NCBI GenBank assembly: GCA_045127475.1
Contig: JBGVQH010000192.1
Coordinates: forward strand, 1-37,754
Direction of reading: 5' to 3'
Origin: Candidatus Scatosoma sp.
GTDB taxonomy: Bacteria; Bacillota; Clostridia; Christensenellales; Borkfalkiaceae
DNA: 37,754 bases
The translations under genes and the position numbers were made by a program. Shown piece by piece: positions 24,343-32,996 of the stretch. How positions within the stretch are numbered: the first letter of the stretch is position 1; every line of letters starts with the position of its first letter. The notes under the pieces were generated by a model. The model saw nothing but the letters and a program-made list of their open reading frames with translations. It ran no database searches and was not told the DNA's origin.

Positions 24343-25209
24343 TTATTCCTCGTCCTCGTCTTCGTCCTCGTCGGGTTTTTGAGGTTGGGGTGCGGGCTTT
24401 TTAAAGCGGATATATTCTAAGGGGTAATCTTTCCAAATCCAGCCCCCGTTTCGATCGTCCATCTTCACCTTAACTTCCATACGCAGCATATTGACGGCGG
24501 CAACGATGGCTTTACCCTCGGGTGTACCTACTTCTGCGCCGATTTTCGGCATTTTTTTACTTGCCTCTGCATAATAATCGTTTTCGTAGCTTAAGCAGCA
24601 CATCAATCTGCCGCAAAGCCCGCTGATTTTGCCAGGGTTTAAGGACAAACCTTGCGTTTTCGCCATCTTTACGCTTACCTTTTTAAATTCGGGCATATTC
24701 CCTGCGCAACAGCAGATTCTGCCGCAAGGAGCAAGTCCGCCAAGATACTTCGTTTCATCACGTGTGCCCACCTGGCGCAATTCGATACGGTTTTTAAAGG
24801 TGGACGCAAGGTCTTTTACCAGCTCGCGGAAGTCCACGCGGGTAGAGGAAGTGAAATAGAAGATAATTTTACTGCCGTCAAAGGCGTATTCGCAATCGAC
24901 CAGTTTCATTTCCAAGCCGTGTGCAAGGATTTTTTCCTTACAGGTCTGCATTGCTTGCGGGCGCTTGGCTTGACAGGTTTCGTAAAATTCGGTGTCCTTT
25001 TCCGTTGCAATACGGATTACCGGTTTTAAGGGTTGAACAACCTCTTCTTCCTCTACTTCTTTTTCGGGATATGCCACCCAAGCGTATTCTAACCCGCGCG
25101 AGGTTTCTACCACTACGGGCATATTCCGTGTGTATACGTCCCCTTTCTTCGGGGCAAAATAATACAGCTTTCCGCCGTTTTTAAATTTAATTCCTACTAC
25201 TTTTACCAT
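24343..25209 (-). CDS. ricT: RicT/YaaT (PSP1 domain, Fe-S cluster protein of the Ric complex)
   Basis: 288 aa. Contains VVGIKFKNGGKLYYF, the PSP1 core, and the Cys cluster GGLAPCGRICCC...GLCGRLMCCL. Downstream of holB, as in Bacillus. Confidence 0.9.
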   Translation of the reverse strand: MVKVVGIKFKNGGKLYYFAPKKGDVYTRNMPVVVETSRGLEYAWVAYPEKEVEEEEVVQPLKPVIRIATEKDTEFYETCQAKRPQAMQTCKEKILAHGLEMKLVDCEYAFDGSKIIFYFTSSTRVDFRELVKDLASTFKNRIELRQVGTRDETKYLGGLAPCGRICCCAGNMPEFKKVSVKMAKTQGLSLNPGKISGLCGRLMCCLSYENDYYAEASKKMPKIGAEVGTPEGKAIVAAVNMLRMEVKVKMDDRNGGWIWKDYPLEYIRFKKPAPQPQKPDEDEDEDEE

Positions 25210-25233
25210 ATAATTACCTTAAAAAGTTTGTTT

Positions 25234-26211
25234 TTAATCGTTGTTTTTTTTGCGAATTTTCGCAATCAGAAGTTCGATACACTGCGGGAACACCGCATTA
25301 AAGGTTACTTGTTTTTCCGCCTCGGATAACCCCTCCTGCGCGTATAACAGCGCGGGGATACTATAAGCGGCGGCAACCTCGGTAAGCTGCGTTTTTTCCG
25401 CACGCAAAAGTAAATATTTCTCAGCGTTTTTTCCCTGCGTTTTGACAAGCAGCGCATCACGGAAAATCAGTCGTAAAAGGGACAAAAGCTCTCGCTTATA
25501 TTTGGTTTCTCCTACCTCTTTTACTGCCTGCGGCAGCTTAAAGGTGGGGGTACGTGTCAAAACGAACGCGTTTTCGAGCAGATGTTTATACCGTCCGCCC
25601 TCTAACATATTTTGCGCTTGTCCCACGTTCCCGTCTGCGCACGCGGCGCAAATAGAAATCGTTTCTTCATCATACGCACTCCCGTATAAACGCAATAGAC
25701 ATTGTGTGATTTGCTCGGTGGAAAAGGAGGGAATATCCAGCCGTTTCGTACGGGATAACACCGTCTGTAATACGGGAAAAACGCTAGTCGTTCCCAGAAG
25801 AAAAATAACCCCTTTTGGCGGTTCTTCTAAGAGCTTTAATAGCTTGTTTTGCGTCTGCGCATTCGCCTCGGCAAAATCCCCGACGACAAACACTTTTTTA
25901 TCCCCCTCGACAGGGTTTAACAGGCTCTCTTCCTTGATTTTTTCCGCATCTTCTACCGAGAGTTTTTTATCTTCCGCGGGAAAGAAAAGACAATCGGAAA
26001 ACGCTTCTTTATCGATAAGTTCTGCCCGCCGTTTTTCTAAAAGGGTGGCACACGTGTCGCAATCAAGCAAGATTTTTGCAAATTCTTTGAGAGCAAAACG
26101 CAGATTTCTTCCGTCGGGAAAATGCAACAAATACGCATGGGAAAGACGGTTTTCTGCGCTTTCCGTTTTGAGTAGCGTATACGATTGCGTTTGCTGTAAA
26201 AGAGTTTGCAT
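25234..26211 (-). CDS. holB: DNA polymerase III delta-prime subunit
   Basis: Motifs LSHAYLL, QNKLLKLLEEPP and TVLSRTK are characteristic of clamp-loader delta-prime. 325 aa. Confidence 0.85.
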   Translation of the reverse strand: MQTLLQQTQSYTLLKTESAENRLSHAYLLHFPDGRNLRFALKEFAKILLDCDTCATLLEKRRAELIDKEAFSDCLFFPAEDKKLSVEDAEKIKEESLLNPVEGDKKVFVVGDFAEANAQTQNKLLKLLEEPPKGVIFLLGTTSVFPVLQTVLSRTKRLDIPSFSTEQITQCLLRLYGSAYDEETISICAACADGNVGQAQNMLEGGRYKHLLENAFVLTRTPTFKLPQAVKEVGETKYKRELLSLLRLIFRDALLVKTQGKNAEKYLLLRAEKTQLTEVAAAYSIPALLYAQEGLSEAEKQVTFNAVFPQCIELLIAKIRKKNND

Positions 26212-26346
26212 AGTCTGCCTTTGCTTGGTATCGGTTTTGCGAAAGAGAGCATCTTGCCAAAAGCGTGCAAACTTTTCCGCATACTATATTATAGCATAGA
26301 TTTTTGAAAAAGTAAAGGCTTGAGCCAAAAGTTGTTTTGAGAATAT

Positions 26347-26373
26347 GAAAAAAGCGCGGAAAATGCTCCGCGC
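26347..26373 (-). terminator. Intrinsic terminator of the 26406-26852 gene
   Basis: On the minus strand: GCGCGGA-GCATTT-TCCGCGC followed by TTTTTTC. Confidence 0.75.
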
Positions 26374-26405
26374 CAAAGGAAATTTCGCTGCTATTGCATG
26401 CAAAA

Positions 26406-26852
26406 TCAAAGGAATTCTTTCCATTTCTTCTCAAATTCTTCTTCCGCTTGAATCATTTCATGGAGCAGCTCGCATACGGCGTCGCTGTTCTCGCAGCTGA
26501 TATCCCCCGCAGAGGTGCGCAGGGCGGAGATGCCCATCACCGTCCCCTGCAACATCATGTCTGCGATATGGGAGGGGGAATTGTCGGTAAGCGTGCTCAT
26601 TTTTATCGAGCCCCACATCATCATTTTTTTCATGGGGTTGGGTTCTTTGAGCTCGGTATCAAGGTCGCGTGCAAGCTGTGCGGCTTTTGCTGAAAAGCGT
26701 TCGTATTCCTCGTGCTGGCGAAGAAGCTCGGTTTTTATTTCGTCGTTTTCGACTGCGGGAAGAATGTTAGAAATCGATTGCAAAGCAAGGTGTGCGTTGC
26801 GGTAGATTTCCGAGAGCACTTCCACCGATTTTTTACGTGCGTTATTTTCCAT
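26406..26852 (-). CDS. Hypothetical helical protein (148 aa)
   Basis: Start set at the ATG at 26852 (AAAGGAGAAAATAAATTT upstream). The ORF-track N-terminal extension lacks an RBS. Predicted all-helical and charged. No family recognised. Confidence 0.6.
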   Translation of the reverse strand: MENNARKKSVEVLSEIYRNAHLALQSISNILPAVENDEIKTELLRQHEEYERFSAKAAQLARDLDTELKEPNPMKKMMMWGSIKMSTLTDNSPSHIADMMLQGTVMGISALRTSAGDISCENSDAVCELLHEMIQAEEEFEKKWKEFL

Positions 26853-26971
26853 AAATTTATTTTCTCCTTTCGGCGGCTGTGCCGCACAAAAACAGTTTGC
26901 GCAAGGCAATAAAAAAATATGTTTTTAGCGGAAAATATTTAAAAAATATACAAAAAACACGCAAAAAACGC

Positions 26972-27114
26972 TTGACGGAAAAGGAACGTTTATGGTATAT
27001 TGATAGTCGAGCCGATAGAAACGGGCTTTTTAAGTCAGCGATTTTTTGTTCAATTTTGATAAAAATCACTGCGCCTTGGGTATCTTCGAGACTGGAAAGA
27101 GGAGGTAAAATCTT
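26972..27114 (+). promoter_or_regulatory. rplU promoter (TTGACG-18-TGgTATATT) and a ~110-nt leader (possible L21-type leader)
   Basis: -35 at 26972-26977 and extended -10 at 26993-27001. The leader contains a long imperfect hairpin, CAGCGATTTTT...AAAAATCACTG. Its identity as a regulatory leader is inferred from position only. Confidence 0.5.
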
Positions 27115-27420
27115 ATGTACGCTATCATTGATAACGGCAACAAGCAGTACAAAGTGGCGGAAGGCGACGTTGTAAGAGTAGAAAAACTCAACGCAGCGGA
27201 AGGCGAAACCGTTAGCTTTAAAGTATTGATGGTTGCTGACGAAAACGGTATCAAAGCCGGCGCGGAAGTTGAAAACGCGAAGGTTACCGCTACGGTCGTT
27301 AAGCAGGACAAGGCGAAGAAAATCATCGTCTTTAAGTACAAAGCAAAGAAGAACGAACGTAAGAAGCAGGGCCACAGACAGCCCTTCACGGCAGTAAAAG
27401 TTGAAAAAATCGAACTCTAA
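27115..27420 (+). CDS. rplU: 50S ribosomal protein L21
   Basis: [18 protein letters not shown]...[20 protein letters not shown] is canonical L21. GAGGAGG RBS. Confidence 0.96.
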   Translation: MYAIIDNGNKQYKVAEGDVVRVEKLNAAEGETVSFKVLMVADENGIKAGAEVENAKVTATVVKQDKAKKIIVFKYKAKKNERKKQGHRQPFTAVKVEKIEL

Positions 27421-27529
27421 TTTTTAAAGAACGGTAACAATTTCAGCTTTTTGGCACAAGACTTCGCCCCTTTATAAATATTGTATAAAGCGCGGCGGCA
27501 AAAAATTTGATTTTTAAGGAGAAATAAAA

Positions 27530-27805
27530 ATGATTTTTATCAGTTTATTCGCTCATAAAAAAGGTACCGGCTCTTCCCACAACGGTAGAGATAGCGAAGC
27601 GAAAAGACTTGGCGTGAAGCGCAGCGACGGCCAGGCTGTTCTCGCGGGCAATATCCTCGTTCGCCAGAGAGGCACGAAGATCCACCCCGGTACGAACGTT
27701 GGTATTGGTAAGGACGACACGCTTTTCGCGCTCGTTGACGGTATCGTTCGTTATGAAAGATTGGGCAAAGACAAAAAACAGGCAAGCGTTTATCCCAACG
27801 CTTAA
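27530..27805 (+). CDS. rpmA: 50S ribosomal protein L27 with a 7-residue N-terminal propeptide-like extension
   Basis: MIFISLF|[23 protein letters not shown]... is canonical L27 from AHKKG onward. AAGGAG RBS 8 nt upstream of the ATG at 27530. No alternative start lies next to AHKK. Confidence 0.93.
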   Translation: MIFISLFAHKKGTGSSHNGRDSEAKRLGVKRSDGQAVLAGNILVRQRGTKIHPGTNVGIGKDDTLFALVDGIVRYERLGKDKKQASVYPNA

Positions 27806-27824
27806 AATTAGCGGATAGAAAATA

Positions 27825-27863
27825 AAACCCAACTTCCCTTGTGGAGGCTTGGGTTTTCTTTTT
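27825..27863 (+). terminator. Intrinsic terminator after rpmA
   Basis: AAACCCAA (27825-27832) / TTGGGTTT (27849-27856) with inner pairing, followed by a TCTTTTT run. Confidence 0.7.
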
Positions 27864-27950
27864 GTCAAAAACGGAATTTTCGATCGTACTTTCGATACGT
27901 ATTGGGGGTTTTTGGTTTACTTTTCATCAAAAACGGAGTATAATAATAGT

Positions 27951-28865
27951 ATGGAACAGCTTTTGGAACAACAAAAATCGCAGATAGAAACAAATGCGGG
28001 AAAGGCGAAAAAGCCGTGGTTGGGGGTTTTGTATATCGTCATTTCGGCATTTTGCTTTTCGTTGATGAGTGTATGCGTGCGAAAGGCGGGCGATTTGCCC
28101 ACTTTCCAAAAGGCGTTTTTTAGAAATTCCGTCGCCGCGGTGGCTGGTTTTTTTATGGTGGCGAAAAGCGGCTCGTTTAAAATGCAAAAAGGCAGTTTTG
28201 TTCCCCTGATTTTGCGTTCTATCGTCGGCACAATCGGAATTGTAGGAAATTTTTACGCCATTGACCGCATGAATATTTCGGACGCGTCCATTTTAAACAA
28301 GCTTGCTCCCTTTTTCTCGGTTCTTTTTTCGATATGGATTTTGAAAGAAAAGGCAAGCGTGTGGGATTTGGTGTTTGTCGGGGTTGCGTTTGGCGGCGCG
28401 CTGTTTGTGGTTAAGCCGTCCTTTGACGTAACCGAATTTTTGCCTGCACTGATTGGAGTGCTGGGCGGTTTGGGCGCGGGTATGGCGTATACGTTCGTGC
28501 GAAAATTGTCCAACCAAGGGGAACGTGGTCCGTATATCGTCTTTTTCTTTTCGGTGTTTTCATGCTTGGCAATTTTACCGATTGTCATTGTACAATGGCA
28601 GCCGATGACGGGTTGGCAGGTGGCGTGGTTGTTGCTTGCGGGCTGTGCGGCAAGCGGCGCACAATTTTCGGTAACGGCGGCGTACGCGCATGCGCCTGCC
28701 AAGGAAATTTCGGTGTACGATTATTCGCAGGTGCTTTTTACCGCTGTTTGGGGTATAGCGTTCTTTGGGGAATTCCCTGATGCTTTAAGTGTAATCGGCT
28801 ACGTAATTATTATCGGCGCGGCGTTATCAAAATATTTTGCTGGGCGGAAAAAAACAAAAAAGTAA
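27951..28865 (+). CDS. EamA/DMT-family transporter
   Basis: Start moved to the ATG at 27951. About 10 TM segments with the duplicated EamA-domain pattern. 304 aa. Confidence 0.8.
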   Translation: MEQLLEQQKSQIETNAGKAKKPWLGVLYIVISAFCFSLMSVCVRKAGDLPTFQKAFFRNSVAAVAGFFMVAKSGSFKMQKGSFVPLILRSIVGTIGIVGNFYAIDRMNISDASILNKLAPFFSVLFSIWILKEKASVWDLVFVGVAFGGALFVVKPSFDVTEFLPALIGVLGGLGAGMAYTFVRKLSNQGERGPYIVFFFSVFSCLAILPIVIVQWQPMTGWQVAWLLLAGCAASGAQFSVTAAYAHAPAKEISVYDYSQVLFTAVWGIAFFGEFPDALSVIGYVIIIGAALSKYFAGRKKTKK

Positions 28866-28899
28866 AAGCCCCCTATACGTGTCGTAACGAAACAAAAAA

Positions 28900-28923
28900 G
28901 CGACCTGAAAAGGCCGCTTTTTT
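28900..28923. terminator. Intrinsic terminator after the EamA gene
   Basis: AAAAAA-GCGACC-TGAAAA-GGCCGC-TTTTTT (one mismatch in the stem). Confidence 0.65.
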
Positions 28924-29022
28924 AATGCCATTCTTACGATAAGTTTGTCGCAGTCGCTTACACTCCTTTGCAATGACAATGAGAAAAAAAGTGTGTCATT
29001 GCGAGCCGTTAGGCGTGGCAAT

Positions 29023-29310
29023 CTAATTGTTAATATCTTCCGCTAAATCAAGCCAGTTAGGGTTTAGTTTGTTTATTAATGCAATCTTTTTTGCCCTTGA
29101 ACCAGCTTTAATTTGTTTTTCACGTTCTATCGCGCTAATGACTTCTGTCGTAGATTCATAATAAACAAGCTGATTAATATTGTACCGTGAACAAAAAGAG
29201 CGGCGATCCACTTTTTGTTTGTGTTCTGCCACTCGCTTTTGTAAATTGTTTGTTACCCCTGTATATAATACGGAATGGGTTTGATTGGTTAAAATATAAA
29301 CGTAATACAT
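29023..29310 (-). CDS. GIY-YIG nuclease family protein (UPF0213/COG2827 type, 95 aa)
   Basis: N-terminus MYYVYILTNQTHSVLYTGVTNNLQKRVAEHK contains the GIY...YTG(YIG) motif pair. Single-domain size. Confidence 0.88.
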   Translation of the reverse strand: MYYVYILTNQTHSVLYTGVTNNLQKRVAEHKQKVDRRSFCSRYNINQLVYYESTTEVISAIEREKQIKAGSRAKKIALINKLNPNWLDLAEDINN

Positions 29311-29327
29311 TGCTCTATTTTTTATAA

Positions 29328-29428
29328 GATTGCCACGCTACGCTCGCAATGACGATGGCAGAGATTACCGCGCTACGCTCGCAATGACGGTGGCAGAGAT
29401 TGCCACGCTACGCTTGGCTACGCCAAAT
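29328..29428. repeat. Tandem ~35-bp repeats (about 2.8 units) right of the GIY-YIG gene
   Basis: Unit 1, 29328-29362: AGATTGCCACGCTACGCTCGCAATGACGATGGCAG. Unit 2, 29363-29397: AGATTACCGCGCTACGCTCGCAATGACGGTGGCAG. A partial unit 3 starts at 29398. Each unit can fold via ATTGC...GCAAT. Confidence 0.8.
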
Positions 29429-29462
29429 AGCAAGCTGAGCGCAATGACAATAAGGGGCAGAA

Positions 29463-30704
29463 TTATACCGCCTGCTTGTAAACCAAAAGAGGCGTTGCGC
29501 CGTCCGTCAAACATTCTTTCGTGATGACCACCTCTTCCACGTTCTCCTCGGACGGGATTTTGTACATCACTTCGGTCATGACGTTTTCAATAATCGTACG
29601 CAAGCCGCGCGCGCCCGTCTTTAAACGGATTGCCGTTTGCGCAATTTCACGCACCGCGTCGTCTTCCACCGTCAATTTCACGCCGTCGTAACCCACCAGC
29701 TTTTGATACTGCTTGATAATGGCGTTCTTCGGTTCGGTCAAAATCTTCACGAGCGCCGTTTCGTCTAACGGATCGAGGTTTACGACGATAGGAATACGCC
29801 CGACAAATTCGGGGATTAAGCCAAATTTCGTCAAATCCTGCGGTTTCACGTCGTCCAAAACAGAATAGTCCGCTTCGTTTGCTCCCAAGCGCACTTTGCC
29901 GCCAAACCCCAGCGTCGTGTCGTCCTTTCTGGACGAAACAATCTTATCCAAGCCCACGAATGCACCGCCGCAAATGAACAAAATATTCGTCGTGTCGATA
30001 CGTAAACATTCCTGGTTGGGGTGCTTTCTGCCGCCCTGCGGGGGAACGTTTGCCGTCGTGCTCTCGATAATTTTGAGCAAAGCTTGCTGTACGCCCTCGC
30101 CTGAAACGTCGCGGGTAATGGACACGTTTTCGCTCTTTCTAGCAATCTTGTCGATTTCGTCGATATAGATGATGCCGCGCTGTGCCCGTTCAATATCAAA
30201 ATCGGCGTTTTGAATAAGCTTCAACAGGATATTTTCCACGTCTTCGCCGACGTACCCTGCCTCGGTCAGCGTGGTGGCATCCGACGTGGCAAAGGGAACG
30301 TTTAAAACTTTGGCGAGCGTCCGCGCGAGTAACGTTTTACCGCTACCCGTAGGACCGAGCAACAACACGTTGCTCTTTTCGATTTCCACGCCGTCGTCGT
30401 CCTTTTTCTTTGCTTTGACTGCCGCGTTGATACGCTTGTAATGGTTATACACGGCAACGGACAAAACCCGTTTCGCCTTGTCCTGACCGACGATATATTT
30501 ATCGAGCTCCGCCTTGATTTCGGCGGGCTTTTTTAAGGGGACTTCCTCGGTGGGTTTGTCGTCCGTTTCCCACTCGTCCACCATAGATTTGCAGATGTCA
30601 ATGCACTCGTCGCAGATGCACGCGCCGTCGGGGCCCGTAATCAAACGCCGAGTTTCTTCTTTCGGTTTCCCGCAAAAAGAACAATGCTGATTTTTATTAG
30701 CCAT
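29463..30704 (-). CDS. clpX: ATP-dependent Clp protease ATP-binding subunit ClpX
   Basis: N-terminal zinc finger CSFCGK...CDEC, Walker A GPTGSGKT, and IYIDEIDK. Confidence 0.97.
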   Translation of the reverse strand: MANKNQHCSFCGKPKEETRRLITGPDGACICDECIDICKSMVDEWETDDKPTEEVPLKKPAEIKAELDKYIVGQDKAKRVLSVAVYNHYKRINAAVKAKKKDDDGVEIEKSNVLLLGPTGSGKTLLARTLAKVLNVPFATSDATTLTEAGYVGEDVENILLKLIQNADFDIERAQRGIIYIDEIDKIARKSENVSITRDVSGEGVQQALLKIIESTTANVPPQGGRKHPNQECLRIDTTNILFICGGAFVGLDKIVSSRKDDTTLGFGGKVRLGANEADYSVLDDVKPQDLTKFGLIPEFVGRIPIVVNLDPLDETALVKILTEPKNAIIKQYQKLVGYDGVKLTVEDDAVREIAQTAIRLKTGARGLRTIIENVMTEVMYKIPSEENVEEVVITKECLTDGATPLLVYKQAV

Positions 30705-30722
30705 ATAGATTGCTCCTAAAAA

Positions 30723-31313
30723 TTATCTTCTGACGAATACGCGGTCGATTAGTCCGTAACGCAACGCCTCGTCTGCCGACATGTAGTTATCACGGTCGGT
30801 ATCCCGTTCAATCGTCGCGATATCTCTGCCCGTGTTTTCGGACAGGATACGGTTGAGCTTCGCTTTCGTGCGCAAAATATGCTCCGCTTGAATTTTAATA
30901 TCGCTTGCCTGACCCTGTGCGCCGCCAAGAGGCTGGTGAATCATAATTTCAGAATTCGGCAGAGCGTAACGTTTGCCTTTTGCGCCGCTGGAGAGTAAGA
31001 ATGCGCCCATAGATGCCGCCAAACCGATACAAATTGTCGATACGTCGCACTTGATATAGTTCATGGTGTCGTAAATTGCCATACCCGCCGACACCGAACC
31101 GCCGGGGGAATTGATATACAAGCTGATGTCTTTGGTGGAATCTTTGCCTTCCAAATAGATGAGCTGTGCAACGACGGTGTTTGCCAGCGCGTCGTTGATT
31201 TCACCGCTTAAGAAGATGATGCGGTCGTCCAGCAAACGGGAGTACAAATCGTACGTGCGTTCGCCCGAGGACGTGCGTTCTACTACGTAGGGAACTAAAA
31301 CGTTTTTTTCCAT
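30723..31313 (-). CDS. clpP: ATP-dependent Clp protease proteolytic subunit ClpP
   Basis: [23 protein letters not shown], and catalytic-Ser context GLAASMGAF. Confidence 0.97.
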   Translation of the reverse strand: MEKNVLVPYVVERTSSGERTYDLYSRLLDDRIIFLSGEINDALANTVVAQLIYLEGKDSTKDISLYINSPGGSVSAGMAIYDTMNYIKCDVSTICIGLAASMGAFLLSSGAKGKRYALPNSEIMIHQPLGGAQGQASDIKIQAEHILRTKAKLNRILSENTGRDIATIERDTDRDNYMSADEALRYGLIDRVFVRR

Positions 31314-31454
31314 AATCGTTTCCTTTTTTCCTTTTCTATGCGTTCGTTGCGATACGTATAGGGGGACTTTTTGTTTTTAGTTGGTTTTTAATGTGTTTGG
31401 GCGACCTGAAAATAGGCCGCCCCGATTCTTTATCGTTATTTAAATCGCCGTGAA

Positions 31455-32753
31455 TTATTCTTCCACGTACATTTCGTTGTTTGCCTTAAGCATATCGAAA
31501 AGCTTGGTGATGATGATGTCGTTGCGGATATAATCGAACTGACGGGGGTCCATGTTCTTCTTGTATTCTTCCGCCGTCTTGTTAACGGATGCAGCCTGCT
31601 CGGCAACTTTCGCGTCAACCTCTTCTTCCGTCGCCTCGATATTTTCGTCCTTAATAAGCTGGGAAATAATCAACTGGCTCTTAACGTTCTTTTCAGCCTG
31701 CTGAGCGTAGTTCTTTCTGAAATCTGCGTTCGTAATCTTCAAGAAATCAAGATAGTCCTGCAATTTCAAGCCCTGATACATCAGCTGATATTCAAATTTT
31801 TGAACCAAGCCGTCGATTTCTCTTTCAATCATAGCCTGGGGAATTTCTACCTCCGCGTTTGCAGCGATTGCTTCCAAAATGCTGTTTTCCGTCTGGTCGT
31901 TTGCTCTGCGGTCTGCCTGAGCCTGCAAACGTTCTTTCGTCTTAGCCTTATAATCTGCTACCGTTTCGCTGCCCGTAGCTTCTTTGATGAACTCGTCCGT
32001 AAGTTCGGGAAGTTCTTTGCCTTGAATTTTGTTCAAGGTAACGGCAAACACTGCGGGCTTGCCTTTGAGTGCTTCCGCTTGATAGTTTTCAGGGAACGTA
32101 ACGTTAACGTCTTTCTTGTCGCCGATATTCATGCCAACAACTTGGTCTTCAAAACCGGGAATGAACTGACCGCTGCCAAGGGTAAGGTCAAAGCCTTCCG
32201 CTTCGCCGCCGTCGAATTTCACGCCGTCCACCGTACCAACGAAGTCGATATTAACGATATCGCCGTTTTGTGCCGCTCTGTCGGTAATTTCCACTTTGCG
32301 AGCGTTTCTATCCTGCACGCGTGCAACTTCAGCGTCTACTTCTTCGTCCTTAACAGTATATTCAAATTTCTGGATTTTCATACCCTTGTAGTTGGAAATT
32401 TTTACCTCGGGTTTTACGGGAGCAACCGCAACGAGGGTAACGCCTTCGTCGTCGAGCTTTTCTACCGTAACTTCGGGGTCGCCGACAACGGTGTATTTAT
32501 CTGCTGCTTTTGCAACGACGGTGGGATAATTTTCCGCGAACATGGTGTTGAGTGCTTCGTCGTAGAATACGCCTTTGCCGTAAACGTTTTCAATTACGTT
32601 CTTGGGAGCTTTGCCCTTACGGAAACCGTTGATGGCAAATCTGCCTCTCGTTTTGAGGTAAGCGTTTTGCTGTGCTGCTTTCCATTCTTCTGCGTCAAAC
32701 TTGATGGTAAATTTTACCGTGCTTTTTTCTGCCGCTTTGCTAGTGTACTTCAT
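31455..32753 (-). CDS. tig: Trigger factor
   Basis: 432 aa. GFRKGKAP ribosome-binding signature and an FKBP-type middle domain (GFIPGFEDQVVGM). tig-clpP-clpX gene order. Confidence 0.95.
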   Translation of the reverse strand: MKYTSKAAEKSTVKFTIKFDAEEWKAAQQNAYLKTRGRFAINGFRKGKAPKNVIENVYGKGVFYDEALNTMFAENYPTVVAKAADKYTVVGDPEVTVEKLDDEGVTLVAVAPVKPEVKISNYKGMKIQKFEYTVKDEEVDAEVARVQDRNARKVEITDRAAQNGDIVNIDFVGTVDGVKFDGGEAEGFDLTLGSGQFIPGFEDQVVGMNIGDKKDVNVTFPENYQAEALKGKPAVFAVTLNKIQGKELPELTDEFIKEATGSETVADYKAKTKERLQAQADRRANDQTENSILEAIAANAEVEIPQAMIEREIDGLVQKFEYQLMYQGLKLQDYLDFLKITNADFRKNYAQQAEKNVKSQLIISQLIKDENIEATEEEVDAKVAEQAASVNKTAEEYKKNMDPRQFDYIRNDIIITKLFDMLKANNEMYVEE

Positions 32754-32905
32754 AATTTAAAAATCTCCTGCATCTGCTTTGATTTGTTTTTTGTTTTGCG
32801 GAGCGAGTTTTGCGCGGTTTTTACCGCAGTTTTCGCACCGACATATATTTTAGCACATTTGGAAAATAAAATAAAGCGTTTTTTGCGTATTTTCAGCCGT
32901 TTTTA

Positions 32906-32934
32906 TTTACAATTTGAAAATTTTGGGGTATAAT
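32906..32934 (+). promoter_or_regulatory. Sigma-A promoter for rqcH (TTTACA-17-TATAAT)
   Basis: -35 at 32906-32911 and -10 at 32929-32934. Confidence 0.55.
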
Positions 32935-32996
32935 AATAGGCGAACGGGAGCGTTATTGCATTCCCTTTTACAAAAAACGACAAGGAGGTCCGCCGT

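Larger units (their letters stand above)
28995..29428. mobile_element. GIY-YIG gene cassette bounded by inverted CATTGCGAGC/AGATTGCCACGC repeats
   Basis: The left repeat GTCATTGCGAGCCGTTAGGCGTGGCAATCT (28995-29024) is the inverted complement of AGATTGCCACGCTACGCTCGCAATGAC (29328-29354). The enclosed gene is clearly AT-rich relative to clpX and eamA. GCAATGACAAT occurs outside both ends (28969-28979 and 29441-29451). Confidence 0.6.

Noticed and set aside
29328-29428. Possible CRISPR array
   Set aside because: There are only about 2.8 directly abutting 35-bp units with no unique spacers between them and no cas genes. It is a tandem repeat belonging to the GIY-YIG-associated repeat family.
29330-29524. 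64-aa ORF MPRYARNDDGRDY...
   Set aside because: It is a translation of the tandem and inverted repeats and overlaps the clpX 3' end. No RBS.
31314-31454. CtsR operator or CIRCE element upstream of clpP
   Set aside because: I looked for GGTCAAA-N3-GGTCAAA and TTAGCACTC-N9-GAGTGCTAA on both strands of the tig-clpP spacer and found neither. The spacer holds only a T-tract-less hairpin (GGGCGGCC...GGTCGCCC) and the ATACGTATAGGGGG motif.
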